Below are positions 23,968 through 35,930 of a stretch of 64,000 nucleotides of DNA, piece by piece; the stretch's first letter is position 1; each line of letters opens with the position of its first letter. A program made the translations under genes and the position numbers. This DNA is from Rebecca billardiae RCC1528 (taxonomy: Eukaryota; Protista; Haptophyta), in NCBI GenBank assembly GCA_965240325.2, contig OZ251226.1:2418001-2482000 (forward strand), read 5' to 3'. The notes below the pieces were generated by a model, which saw only the letters and a program-made list of their open reading frames with translations, ran no database searches and was not told the DNA's origin.

Positions 23968-24877
23968 ATGTCCGCCAGCGCCGACGCACGACTTATTACT
24001 GTGGCGGCGTCGGCTGCCCTCGCCGGCGCTGTCATTGGCTACGTGGTCCATGGCGTCAACGCGGCGAACAACAAATCCTCTCGGTACGTGCGAAAGTCGC
24101 TCAAGCTCCTCTACTTCCACATCCCCGGTCGTGCGGAGGCCATCCGGCTGACACTCGCCCTTGGCGACGTGCCGTTCAAGGATATTCGCCTCACGCGCGA
24201 GCAGTGGGCTGAGCTCAAGCCGACCACGCCCTTCGGTCAGATACCGGTCCTGATTGTCGACGGCGAGATGCTGGCGCAGAGTCACGCGATCCTCCGCTAC
24301 GCCGGTGAGCTCGCAGGCTTGTATCCGGCGGACCCGTGGCTAGCTGCCAAAGTGGATGAGGTCATCGACGCGACGGAGGTGTGCGCCTCGCGGTGCCTGC
24401 GTGGTGTTTGAAAGCGCCGAGCCATGCCCCCGATGACGCCGCCCGCTCGCCACCTCGTCTGCCCTGCGCCCTCCCCCGCGCCCTCAGGACATGCTGCAAA
24501 TGCTGACGCGCACGGTTCGGCTGCCGGAGGAGGAGCGCATCCCTGCGCGCCAGGCCCTCGTGTCCGGCTCACTCGCGGTCGCATGGGCGCGCTTCGACGC
24601 ACTCCTTGCGGGGCGCGAGTACATCGTCGGCTCTCGCGTCACCATCGCCGACGTCCAGACCTTCTGCATGGCGGCCATGCTCCTGTCGGGATGGCTTGAC
24701 GGCATTAGCCCCGACTGCCTGGATCCGTACACGCACGTGCGCGCGCACTACAAGCGGATCGCAAGCCTTCCTCAGGTGCGCAAGTTCTATGCCCAGCTGC
24801 CCTCCGAGGCCTGCACGCAACTTGGGAAGGCTGGCATCGACCTCCGTGCGTACACCCCGCCAGCGGACGGTCCGTAG
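23968..24877 (+). CDS. Glutathione S-transferase (sigma-like) with N-terminal membrane anchor, 2 exons
   Basis: LKLLYFHIPGRAEAIRL, TPFGQIPVL, LAQSHAILRYAG, VGSRVTIAD; intron 24379-24487. Confidence 0.93.
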
Positions 24878-25214
24878 TCGGCCGAGCAGCAGAACGGCTA
24901 AGGCTTGCGAGTAGTTGCGACTTGCGCCGAGCTGCGGACTGGCGCCGAGCTATCGGCGGGACAGGTCTGAGCCCCCCCCCTCCCTCCGCTGCTACAACGC
25001 AGTGTAGAGTCGGACGGCCTACGGATCGCCGAGAGCGGCTGAGACCATCCATCGCCAGATTCCATCGGGCATCGGCGCCCCCGGGGCCCCGGAAGTCCTT
25101 CAGTTTCCAGGTCAGCTGTGCTCAGTGCTGCAGCCGTCGGGCCAGCCTGAGCCGTTGAGCTGTCGTCGGACTCGAAAGAGTGAGCTGACAGGCTGTGCGG
25201 CCAAAGGCAAAGTT

Positions 25215-27198
25215 GGTTGTATAACCGCTCGGTTATGCGGGTATAACTCACCGGTAGCCCTCATGAGGGCGGGCTGGCAGCCAGGGTCCGGCTGCCTGGA
25301 GGTTTTCCGGTCGTCAAGCCGAGCCAGGCCCGGATTGGGCGCGGGCCTGGATTGGCTCAGCAGCTTGGCAAGCGATGCGCGTCTGGGTGCGGCCGCGCTC
25401 GCTGGCTGCACCCGCGGCGCGGCGGCCGGCGTGGCTGCTCTGGTCACCGCTGCGCTGGTGGCTGCTCCTCCTCTGGGAGTTGTTTCTTCCAGGTGCGTGT
25501 GCGTCGGCGGTAGGCCGCCCTCAGCCCTCGCTCTCTCCACTCGTGCACCTGCCCTGCTTGCTCTCTGCTTTCGATGGGGGCGCCTCGGAGCCGCTTCGAG
25601 GCGTCCCCGTCTGCAATCTTCTCATGCTCTATCTGCTTTCGATGGGGGCGCCTCGGAGCCGCTTCGAGGCGTCCCCGTCTGCAATCTATCTTCTCATGCT
25701 CTGCTTTCGATGGGGGCGCCTCGGAACCGCTTCGAGGCGTCCCCGTCTGCAATCTTCTCATGCTCTGCTTTCGATGGGGGCGCCTCGGAACCGCTTCGAG
25801 GCGTCCCCGTCTGCAATCTTCTCATGCTCTGCTTTCGATGGGGGCGCCTGGGAACCGCTCCCAGGCGTCCCCGTCTGCAATCTTCTCACGCTTCGCAGTC
25901 TCGCTTGCCTTCATCGCCTGGCGGGTGGGTGCTGCTCTCTCCTTCTCTGCCGCCTCCTCTGCAGTCTGCCGTGCACTGCTGTGTGTGGGATGCGACCTGC
26001 TACCTTATCTGACGCTACGCGTGCGTGTCTCGCGCCTGCTTCCCGCCTACGCCGCCGCCGCCGCGCATGTCTTCGTGCCCACTGTCTCATGCCGTCTGGA
26101 TCGTCCTTACTCATACAACCCTGCGGGGAGCCCCTCTGGGCCTCTGCCGCCTTCGGTCCTCGCGCTACTCCTTCGGCGGCCTCGGCCTCTTCGGGCCCCC
26201 GGCCACCACCCCTGCGGGGTGTGGCATTCCACACCTCCTTCTGGGTGGAGGCCCTCGAGGCCTCTGCCTCCTGCGGCGCCGCGCTCTGCCCAAACTTGCG
26301 TTGGGGGGGGGGGGGGGGGGGGGGGGCGTCGGCTGCCAGCGCCTGCGGTCTACGTGCTCCATCGAGTACTTCCTCTTCGGCGTCTAGGCGGTCATCGGCT
26401 TCTGTCGGCGTAGTTGCTCGAATGCATCGGCGAGTCCTTCCTGGTCGGCGTCGCATCCTGGACGGCTTCGGGGGTGTGACCTAGTCACCTCACGCGTTTA
26501 TCAACGCGGCCCCCACCTCAATCTACTCTCATGTGGGTCTACCGAGTGAGTTATGGTTGTATAACCGCTCGGTTATGCGGGTATAACTCACCGGTAGCCC
26601 TCATGAGGGCGGGCTGGCAGCCAGGGTCCGGCTGCCTGGAGGTTTTCCGGTCGTCAAGCCGAGCCAGGCCCGGATTGGGCGCGGGCCTGGATTGGCTCAG
26701 CAGCTTGGCAAGCGATGCGCGTCTGGGTGCGGCCGCGCTCGCTGGCTGCACCCGCGGCGCGGCGGCCGGCGTGGCTGCTCTGGTCACCGCTGCGCTGGTG
26801 GCTGCTCCTCCTCTGGGAGTTGTTTCTCCCTGCCCTCCCACCCTGCTGGTTGCTGGGTGGGCATGGCCTTGGGTGCGCGCGGTGTCGGGGGGGTGGAGGC
26901 CCTCGAGGCCTCTGCCTCCTGCGGCGCCGCGCTCTGCCCAAACTTGCGTTGGGGGGGGGGGGGGGGGGGGCGTCGGCTGCCAGCGCCTGCGGTCTACGTG
27001 CTCCATCGAGTACTTCCTCTTCGGCGTCTAGGCGGTCATCGGCTTCTGTCGGCGTAGTTGCTCGAATGCATCGGCGAGTCCTTCCTGGTCGGCGTCGCAT
27101 CCTGGACGGCTTCGGGGGTGTGACCTAGTCACCTCACGCGTTTATCAACGCGGCCCCCACCTCAATCTACTCTCATGTGGGTCTACCGAGTGAGTTAT
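25215..27198. mobile_element. Split-direct-repeat / head-to-tail element A1-body-B1-A2-(63 nt)-B2, non-autonomous
   Basis: A1 25215-25487 = A2 26555-26827 (273 bp); B1 26243-26554 = B2 26891-27198 apart from G-run length; asymmetric terminal inverted repeat between the B end and the A start; no TSD seen. Confidence 0.75.
25563..25890 (+). repeat. Five 64-bp tandem repeats, each with a 17-bp stem-loop
   Basis: Units start at 25563, 25627, 25699, 25763, 25827; core GATGGGGGCGCCTCGGA-RCCGC-TTCGAGGCGTCCCCGTC. Confidence 0.95.
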
Positions 27199-27914
27199 AG
27201 CGCCTTAGGCTGCTACTGCTGTGTGAGTGGTGCTGAGCCAGTGGCCCTGGGCCGACGGCCACTGTGCTGGGCGCGGCCAGTCAGCCGCACGGATCCGAAC
27301 GGGATCCTGCGCGCCATCACGTTCCCGATTCTGCGACGGGCTAACAGGGTCCCACTCACCCAGCGACTCGGCATAGTGGTTCGGCTGCCTCTCGCCCTGC
27401 TCTTGGTCCGCGTTTGAAACAAACAACTGACGTCGTTCGTCCGCGGTTCGTCCAATCGTCCGTCACTCGACTCCGTCGTCATCCGGATTCCGGTGACCGT
27501 GACTCTGATCAAATAAATTATTCGATGATCTGCGCGCGCAATGATATTTGTCGATGATGCTGTCACAGAGATTCTGACAATGACGATATGTCATTCGTCA
27601 TCAACTTCGTCAGACGTCACCGACACCGTCTGCATTAATATTAATTGTTTTTACTTGCGCTAAGCTAGAGACTCAGGACTAGTGTCTAGCTACTCCGACG
27701 ACTGTTCAAACGCCAACGGCCAATGATCGGCTGACTGCGTGCTCGGTGCTACTGCTGACGAGTCTTATCACGTATGCACTCAATACTTACTTATAAGTAC
27801 TAGTAGCTAGTTACCGGCGGGGGCCAACCGGAATCTCCGACCGTGGGATATTCCAGACATATATTCCTGAGCGCGCTAGGCGGCGCGCTCACTCTCCGAC
27901 TCCGAGCCCCTCTT

Positions 27915-28210
27915 CTGCAGCTGCGCGCCGCTTGGCCGACGCGCGGCGACGCGTACTACGACCTCATCCTCATCCAGGCGCCCACGCGGGCGCACGGGGG
28001 CGACAGCCGCGGCTGCCGCTTGCCGGAGCTGCTCGCCGCTAGGTCGGCGGGCGGCGACATCGACTACGACCTCACCCTCATCCAAGTGCTCCGGAAGGCG
28101 CTCGGCCGCGGCGGCATCTGCCGTCGCCGCCGCGTGCCCCAGGCCGAGGCGGTGCTCCATCCCGGCCCCGCTCCCGTAGGGGGGCAGGGCTGCGGGTGGC
28201 GCACTGTCTG
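27915..28210 (+). pseudogene. Decayed repeat-protein fragment (two diverged internal repeats)
   Basis: LRAAWPTRGDAYYDLILIQA versus LLAARSAGGDIDYDLTLIQV, also similar at DNA level; no convincing start or end. Confidence 0.35.
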
Positions 28211-28749
28211 ACCTGGACGGAAGGCGCGGACGCATTCTATGTGTCTGTTGCACTCTGAGCCTGACGCTTGTCCGATGGCTGCCACGTCGTTAAATATATT
28301 CAGACTAATGTCCTATACTGAATATAGTGAAATAATGATGAATGTCTACCGTTGACAATGCTCGTCCCGAGAGACGAGATGCTGGATTGCTGCCGCCCGC
28401 CGGGTGGCGGGTCATCACTCTGCATCCGGTCATTACTCATTCCGGACCGAGTCTCAGTAGTAGTAAGGCTACTGAGGCTAGCCGTCTACGGCGGCCGGGC
28501 GTTAGACCGTTATAGATCGCGCGACGATGACGATGAATCATGATGTATTATTGAATCAGACCGGCCACTGCTACCGGCATCACGTCCACGGGGCTGGACG
28601 TGAGTCGTGGCTTGCAACGTCTGACGATCATCATATACTCGAGACGGATGTCCGATATGTCGGATTGCATTCGAAACTGCCGACGACGACTGGCCGAAGT
28701 GGAACTGCCTCCCGGCCCCGTCGCCCTTGGCAGCCCTCGCTCCGCCCCA

Positions 28750-29439
28750 TCACCTCGTCGCCGCGACGTAGACGTCGCGGATGGCCGCCGGTGCCTCATT
28801 GACCAGATCGGCGATGCCCTGTGTGAAGAACCACGCCATGAACATGCGCCGGGCGACCCGGCCAACGTCCAGCCCGGCCACTCCCTCTGTGGCCGTCTGC
28901 AGCACAGACCCGCCCTTGGAGTACCACCAATCGCTGTCCGCGTGGAAGGCGAGGCGGGCTGCGGCAGTCATCGGCACGAATATATTAACGATGAGCACGC
29001 GCAGAGCGTTGGCCACGAGGAGCATGACGAGCACGCGCGTGAGCTGCGGCTTCAGACCCTTTTGCGCTCGCCAGATGATTTTGTAGTGGAAGACCGCGCC
29101 GACGAGGATGAAGAGTGACGTGAGCTGCAGGTCGCGAAGCAGTGCCTCGCGATCGAGGGGGGCACCCGAGAGGTGCACACTCACGTATGGCCTCATCGCC
29201 TCCGCCGGTGCACGCACAAAAGCGGCCCCTGAGTCCTGCGCGTACCCAGAGTGACCATCCGCGTTACTCTCAATGGCGCGCGCGATGCCGGCAAAGAGCG
29301 AGGGCTCTTCCAGCTCGCCGCCTCCACGGAACCGGCGCAACGCTCCGAGACTTGGCCGGCCCACCATCGCCTCCGTATCCCTGCTGCACGCGAGGAGCGC
29401 CGCGGCGCAGGCGACGACTCGTAATCGCGATGCCGCCAT
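28750..29439 (-). CDS. Hypothetical membrane protein with N-terminal signal
   Basis: Signal-like N-terminus followed by RFRGG, 2-3 hydrophobic segments, coding-like GC3; divergent from TRMT2A with 76 bp between starts. Confidence 0.65.
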   Translation of the reverse strand: MAASRLRVVACAAALLACSRDTEAMVGRPSLGALRRFRGGGELEEPSLFAGIARAIESNADGHSGYAQDSGAAFVRAPAEAMRPYVSVHLSGAPLDREALLRDLQLTSLFILVGAVFHYKIIWRAQKGLKPQLTRVLVMLLVANALRVLIVNIFVPMTAAARLAFHADSDWWYSKGGSVLQTATEGVAGLDVGRVARRMFMAWFFTQGIADLVNEAPAAIRDVYVAATR

Positions 29440-29515
29440 AGCTCGCGTGCACGTGGCGCCCATCAGGATTGTTCAAGCTAGGTCCGGGCGCGGCGCACTC
29501 GCGTGGCACGCGCCG

Positions 29516-31299
29516 ATGGCGGCCTCGTCGGAGGCGGCTGCTCCGCCCACCGAGGTGGGCGACGCGGAGCCGGAGGTCGTGTGCATCTTTGGCCTCCCGC
29601 GGTATGCGAACATTCGCGTCGTCGAGCAGCTCCTCTCCGATCGCGGCGTGGCAGCGAGGCCGAAGAAGGTGACCGTCACGCCACGAATCGCTCTTGTGCG
29701 CTTCACCTCGGCAGACGCGGGCGAGGCTGCGCTCGCCACGCTGCAGGCGAAGGACTTGCCCTTCAAGGGGCACCAGCTATCCTTCAAGCAGTCCGTCAAG
29801 AAGCCGCCCAAGCACAAGCGCCCCGCGGACGGCGACGATGCCAGCGCCCAGCCTGACGCCAAGCGCCCCCAGCGCTCCGTGGAGGACGCAGTCACGCCGC
29901 TGCACGCGCTCGCGTACGAGCACCAGCTTGTGAAGAAGAGCAGGTCGATCAAGAGCGTGCTATGCGATCTACCCAAGCGCCTGAAGAAGGCCGGCGTCGT
30001 CAGGACGTGGCTCACGCCCGACACGCTGAGCAGCCGCGGCGGCCGGTGCTGCGACCAGGCTGACGTGATGAGCTCTCCCAGCACGACCGGCTATCGCAAC
30101 AAGTGCGAGTTCACGATCGGGCTCGACGCCGCGGGCGAGCCGTGCGTCGGGTTCAAGGTGGGCGCGTACAAGGAGGGGCACACCACCGTCGGCGAGCCGT
30201 CGAACTGCCTGCACATCTCGGACGAGATGAAGCGCGTGTGCGCGGCACTCACGCGCGTCGCGCGCGCCTCTGGGCTGGCGGTGCACCAGTCGATGAATGC
30301 GGTGGGCAGCGGGTTCTGGCGCCAGGTGCTTCTGAAGCAGAACACGTTTGGCGAGCTGCTCATCTCCCTCCAGGTGCGCTCGCGCGCGCACCCTCCGATG
30401 GTCGCAGTGCGCGCGACAGCCAGCGCGCGCGCACAAGCGCACAAGCGGCGTGCCCTTGCCCGCTCACCATCGCCGCCCCTCTGTGTACCGCGCGCCCATC
30501 GCAGTTCAACCCGAGCGGGCTCGAGGGCGAGGTGGTGGACGCGCAGCTCGAGGCGGCGTTCCGCGCGGCGTCCGAGGTGGCCACCATCGCCTGCACGTAC
30601 AAGCAGCCCTGGACGGGCTGCTCGGACGCCCCCCACGACCTGCCGCACACGCACGTGGCCGGCGCGCGCGAGCTCGCCGTGCAGCTGCGCGGCCTCACCT
30701 TCCACGTCTCCCCGAACGCCTTCTTCCAGGTGAACACGGCGGCGGCCGATCAGCTCGGGGGCGTGCTCGCGGACATTGTCGGCTCGATCGGCAGCGACGC
30801 CGTGCTCCTCGACGTGTGCTGCGGCACGGGCGTGTGGGGCCTCTGCCTCGCGGAGCGCGCGGCCAAGGTGGTCGGGCTCGAGCTCTCAGCGGACGCCGTG
30901 CAGGACGCCCGCCGCAACGCCGAGGCGAACGGGATCAGCAACGCCGAGTTCCTCTGCGGCAGGGCGGAGGACCTCATAGCGAACGTGATCGCAACCAAAG
31001 TGGGCGACCGCCCGTGCGTCGCCATCGTCGACCCGCCTCGCAGCGGCCTGCACGCGACCGTCGTGCAGGCGCTGCGCGCGTGCGAGGGCCTCCGCCATCT
31101 CGTCTACGTGAGCTGCAACCCGACAACGTGGCTCGACGACGCGGAGAGGCTGTGCCGGAACCCGTCGAGCAAGTATCCGGGCCAGCCGTTCCAGCCGCTC
31201 CGCGCGCAGCCCATCGACCTCTTCCCCCACACGAACCACTGCGAGCTCATCGTGCACTTCGAGCGCGAGCGCGATCCTAAGTCGGCTGATGCTGTGTAG
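29516..31299 (+). CDS. TRMT2A: tRNA (uracil-5)-methyltransferase TRMT2A/Trm2 homolog with N-terminal RRM, 2 exons
   Basis: VTPL....YEHQL, GYRNKCEFTIG, SPNAFFQVN, LDVCCGTG, IVDPPRSGL, YVSCN, IDLFPHTNHCE; intron 30374-30504. Confidence 0.93.
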
Positions 31300-33844
31300 C
31301 CGCTAATCGGCCGCACGACGTCGGACGTACGTACTAGCTAGTTATAATAGTACTAGTAGTATAAGTAGTACATAACAGTACGTACTACGTGTCGTACGTC
31401 GTACAAGGCATCAGTCAATGATGATGACGGCCAACTCTTTTTTTGACAGGGGAATTTTGGGGGCCCAATCACACTGACAGCAGTGAGTGAGGCCAATCAC
31501 AATGCTCGCATATTCGATCTAGGAACAAGGCGCGCGTGCACGCGCACAGGCTCGAGTCCTCTGCGTCAGGAGACGGCGGCGCGCGAAGGACCGTATTTGT
31601 AACTTGAGTAAGGAAGCCACGGTCCGGGTACTGCGCGGTAGTGCACCGTGCGCCCGCCGTGCGGGATGACTCAGTGGCTACTCATGCGCGCGCGCATACT
31701 TGCGACGACCAGGGGTGAGGGAGGTCTCGGGGCTGGGAAGAGTATTGACACGTTTGTCTCCTTTCGTGAGCTATGAGCCACCACACTCCTCAGCATCAAG
31801 TCAGTCCTCTCGCAGTTGCGAGCATGGCAAACGTACGTTCAAACCGATGCGCAGCACCACAGGCAGGGGCGAGCGAGTCGCTACAGCGTAGCTGCGTAGA
31901 GTCTCGGTAGAGCATCCGTGACGCGCAGTACTGTACGCGATCTCGCGCACCAGCGCGCATGGATGCGGGGAGCCCCCCCCCCCTGGCCAGGCCCCCCCCG
32001 GCCAGGCTGGCACTTTCAACTTCTGGCAGAAACCGCAGCCTTGGTGATCCTGGTCGCCATGCAATTTGCTGCGGACTTCGTCATCACGATCTGGATCCAG
32101 ATTGAAGATCAAGGGCCGGGCCGCGAGTTTCAAAAGGCCTCTGATGCCGGACGTCATGGGCGTCGCAACTCTGCATACGACGCGCCCGCCCATCGACTGG
32201 AACGAGCAGGGCTTCTACAGCTCGCTGAACGCGCAGCTAGCTGGGGCTGGTCGTGTTCTTGAGGCTGTCCGCCGGCACAGCGAGACGAGGGTCGGGCAGC
32301 ACGACGCTGCGTCCACCCCAGTTGGAGCGTCCACCGCACTGCACTTCAACACGGCCCTCATCGACCGCACCCACGGGTTGCTTCACTCCTCCTTCCATGT
32401 GATGTACGACATCGAGACCCGGCAAGATCGTCGAGCAGCTCATGATCACGAAGACGTCGAGCATACTTCGACTCCCTCGACTGACACCCAGGGCTGAAGC
32501 GACATCCGCAGCATGACTCGGATCCGTAATGAGCCCGGCCGCGCCGACCGAGTCGGCCTCACGGCATGCAGCTTGCGGAGTGCGGGGCGCCGCACGTTAC
32601 GCCATGCGGCCAGTGGCGCACAGTCCGGCTGATGCGGCCGTCGCCAAGGCCCGCCAGGCGCGACCGCGGGCGCGGCCTGTGTGCCGTGACACAGTACCTG
32701 TACTACTACTCGGGCAGTTCTAAGTCGGACTAGTGAGTCTTTGACTGAGACTCTTCGCGGGCACTCTCTCCTCAGGGCCAGGCCTCCGCGTCCGCACTCT
32801 GCCGCTCTGGTAGTGACACTTAGGACAGACTGACGCTGACACTGTCGGCCCAACCCGTATTGACCGTATCCGTATCATAATTTATTATATTACCTCAGTA
32901 GTAGTTATTGTCAGCAAAGTAATCGTCAATCGAATTAAGTTGCCCGATAATAGGCAATCGACGACGGCGCGGGCCGCGCAGGGCGGAACGCCGTACTGTC
33001 CGAGTGCCAGTGGACTCTGACAGTCAGGGAGTCACTGCCAGTGGACCCGGGGACGTGTAACCAAGGCTGACCAATCCAATCAAAATTCTGGGCGCGGATC
33101 ATCACATCATCCGACTCGGATCACGGATGTGATTGTGAACGTGATCAACGTACGAGAGTCAGTCGTCAGAGTCTCACAGAGTCGCCGAGTCATCGACATC
33201 GGGTCTCGGGTCTGTCGGGATCGACGGGAGTGAAGCGGTATAGCCTAGTTAGTCTGTCCGTAGTGACTTGAGAGTTGAGTAGCTACTGTATAACTGTAGC
33301 TTGAGGCCCCGCTAAGGCCCCGCGACCGAGGCGGAGTCACTGGAGTCGGGAGTCTGGCAGGACGAAAGCACCGCGCTGCCAGGAGGCATCAGGATTCACA
33401 TCAGCTTATGGGATCATGGCGCGCATGATAATGCCACGCACTGTGACCGCAATGATCAGGCAGCTGACTGCAGTCAGGTCCCTGAGCAGGCCTTTCAGTA
33501 TGTATCCGCGGGCTTAGTCAGACGTCAAGTCCGGGTCGGCACGGCGCCGCCGACCGGTCGTCCCCGCGGCCGACGAGCCAATGAGCTTAATGACTCATAC
33601 TGTCATCTACTGTCCATCCAGAGAGGTTGACTTAGCTCCGGGAGCTGGCGCCTGAGCAGTGAGCTGCATCTGCGGATGTGACTCACTCATTCATGTGTAG
33701 AGTTACGAGTAACTACAAGTACAACATCATGCTGTGCTGCTCGCCTGCTCGGGCATCCTCCTCCAGCCCCCTCCCACGGCATCGTCGCTACGGCACTTGC
33801 TCCGTGGCTGCGTCCACGGCGTGCGCGCTTGGAGGAGTGAGCTC

Positions 33845-34439
33845 TCAGTGTGGGGGATACTTGCCATGACCCAGTTTCCAGGAGCACTGTGCGAGACAGA
33901 CGCGATGCAGCGATGCGCGCGGCACGTGGGACGCACAGGTGGTCAGCACTGCTCAATTCTTAAAAGGCAGAGGGGCGCATGGGGAACCTGACTTCAGCCT
34001 TGAAGTTGCCACGTGGCAACGTGTCGTGTGGGACACCGAGGACCGAGCGCAGGCGCAACGCACGTACCGTCGTCACCCCATCTTTGCCCTCCTTGCAGCC
34101 CGTGGAAATCGCCGAGTTGAGCCCGGGCATGCCTGCCTCGGCGATCTGGTCCACCTGCTTTGGCGTCGGATCCGCAAGACCGCCCGGATAGGCGAGCGTC
34201 ACATCCCAGGTTGGCCACTCGCTCTGGCCGTAAGTGATACCGCAGGAGCTGCATGAATCACCTGGCGGATTGATCGTGCAAGGAAACGTCAGATGCTTCC
34301 CCTTGTACAAGTAGACCGGCGTCACCCATTGGTCGCCCGGCGTATTGCCCACAGTCGCGTCACACCAGAACGCAGTTGCACTATATTGCAGAACCTTCCC
34401 GGAGTCGTTCACCAGGTCAATCATCGTCGTCACGCTCAT
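33845..34439 (-). CDS. Small Cys-rich beta-sandwich protein, copy 1 (137 aa; aegerolysin/actinoporin-like pattern)
   Basis: Exon 1 34439-34068, GT-AG intron 34067-33887, exon 2 33886-33845 (CSWKLGHGKYPPH*). Fold assignment is by eye only. Confidence 0.65.
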
Positions 34440-34902
34440 GATGATGGCCTCGGCGCGGGCGCGGGTCGGGGCGAAGGGCGGGTGCCAGCGCGATCCACGA
34501 CCGGCTTATTCTTCATTCTTTCATTTGCCGCGAATAAAACTATAAAAGTCTTCAACTCATCACCGGAGACCAACTGTCAGGCACTGCACTATGCTATGTA
34601 ATTCCCAGGCTGCATGCAACTTTGGACAGTCGGCACAGTCCCCCGCGGCCGAGCTTGTCCATGCAGAGAGGTTGACAGGACACAGGTTTCGGGAGGGCGC
34701 CTGTCGAGTGTCGCGCCTGACTAGCTGAGCTGATGTACATGTACACAAGTGTCATACGACATCATGCTGCGCAGTGCGCTGCTCGCCGACGCAGCCTGCT
34801 CAGTGCTCGGGCATCCTCCTCCAGCCCCCTCCCACGGCATCGTCGCTGCGGCACGGGCTCAGTGGCTGCGCCCACGGCGTGCGCGCTTGGAGGAGTGAGC
34901 TC

Positions 34903-35479
34903 TCAGTGTGGGGGATACTTGCCATGACCCAGTTTCCAGGAGCACTGTGCGAGTCAGACGCGATGCAGCGATGCGCGCGGCACGTGGGACGCACAGGTGG
35001 TCAGCACTGCTCAATTCTTGAAAGGCAGAGGGGCGCATGGGGGACCTGACTTCAGCCTTGAAGTTGCCACGTGGCAACGTGTCGTGTGGGACACCGAGGA
35101 CCGAGCGCAGGCGCAACGCACGTACCGTCGTCACCCCATCTTTGCCCTCCTTGCAGCCCGTGGAAATCGCCGAGTTGAGCTCGCCGAGGTCCACCTGCTT
35201 TGGCGTCGGATCCGCAAGACCGCCCGGATAGGCGAGCGTCACAATCCATTTTGGCCAGTCGCCCAGGCCGTAAGTGATACCACAGGAGCTGCATGAATCA
35301 CCTGGCGGATTGATTGTGCAAGGAAACGTCAGATGCTTCCCCTTGTACAAGTAGATCAGCGGAACCCATTCGTTGCCCGGCGTATCGCCCACAGTCGCGT
35401 CACACCAAAACTCACTCCCACGAAAATTGAGAACCTTCCCGGAGTCGTTCACCATGTCAATCATCGTCGTCACGCTCAT
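34903..35479 (-). CDS. Small Cys-rich beta-sandwich protein, copy 2 (131 aa)
   Basis: Tandem paralog: exon 1 35479-35126, intron 35125-34945, exon 2 34944-34903 with the same C-terminal peptide. Confidence 0.65.
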
Positions 35480-35630
35480 GATGATGGCCTCGGCGCGGGG
35501 CGCGGCGTCTTCGGCGTGCCGGTCGGCGGCGGCAATCTGCCGGCCGATTCTTTGAATTCATTTGATGCCGTGAAAACAATAATCATCACTGCTGCTAGCA
35601 GTCATTATTCATTCATCTCAGTGATTTACT

Positions 35631-35783
35631 CACGGTGCTACAGTTTATTTGTTTTAACGTGCGTAAGGCTCACGGTGGCAGGTTGCCGCGCCATCCTTCA
35701 TCGCACGCTCTCCGAAGAGAGACCTGGAAACTGGTTTTGAACCCATGACCTCAGACGCAAGAGCACGCCAGTACTCCCACTCG
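35631..35783 (-). mobile_element. Longest copy of the tRNA-derived SINE-like family
   Basis: Minus strand: partial A-box (GAGTGG), B-box-like GAGGTCATGGGTTCAAAACC, body, tail GCACGTTAAAACAAATAAACTGTAGCACCGTG. Confidence 0.75.
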
Positions 35784-35930
35784 TAGTGAAAAAATCGCAG
35801 GATTTTTTCAAGTGGTGGCCGCCCGGATCACACTTCCACACTCACAGCCACTGACTCTGAGAGGCATCAATCCTTTCTTTATTCACTTTGGACCCGGCAT
35901 TGACTTAGTCGTATGACACGTATGTACAGC

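Noticed and set aside
25563-25890. CRISPR array or hammerhead ribozyme multimer
   Set aside because: Linkers are invariant (no spacers) and there are no cas genes. The minus strand has stem-CGAAA but lacks the CUGANGA core before the stem.
35720-35790. Functional tRNA gene
   Set aside because: Only a B-box and partial A-box; no cloverleaf or acceptor stem; contiguous with a dispersed repeat body.
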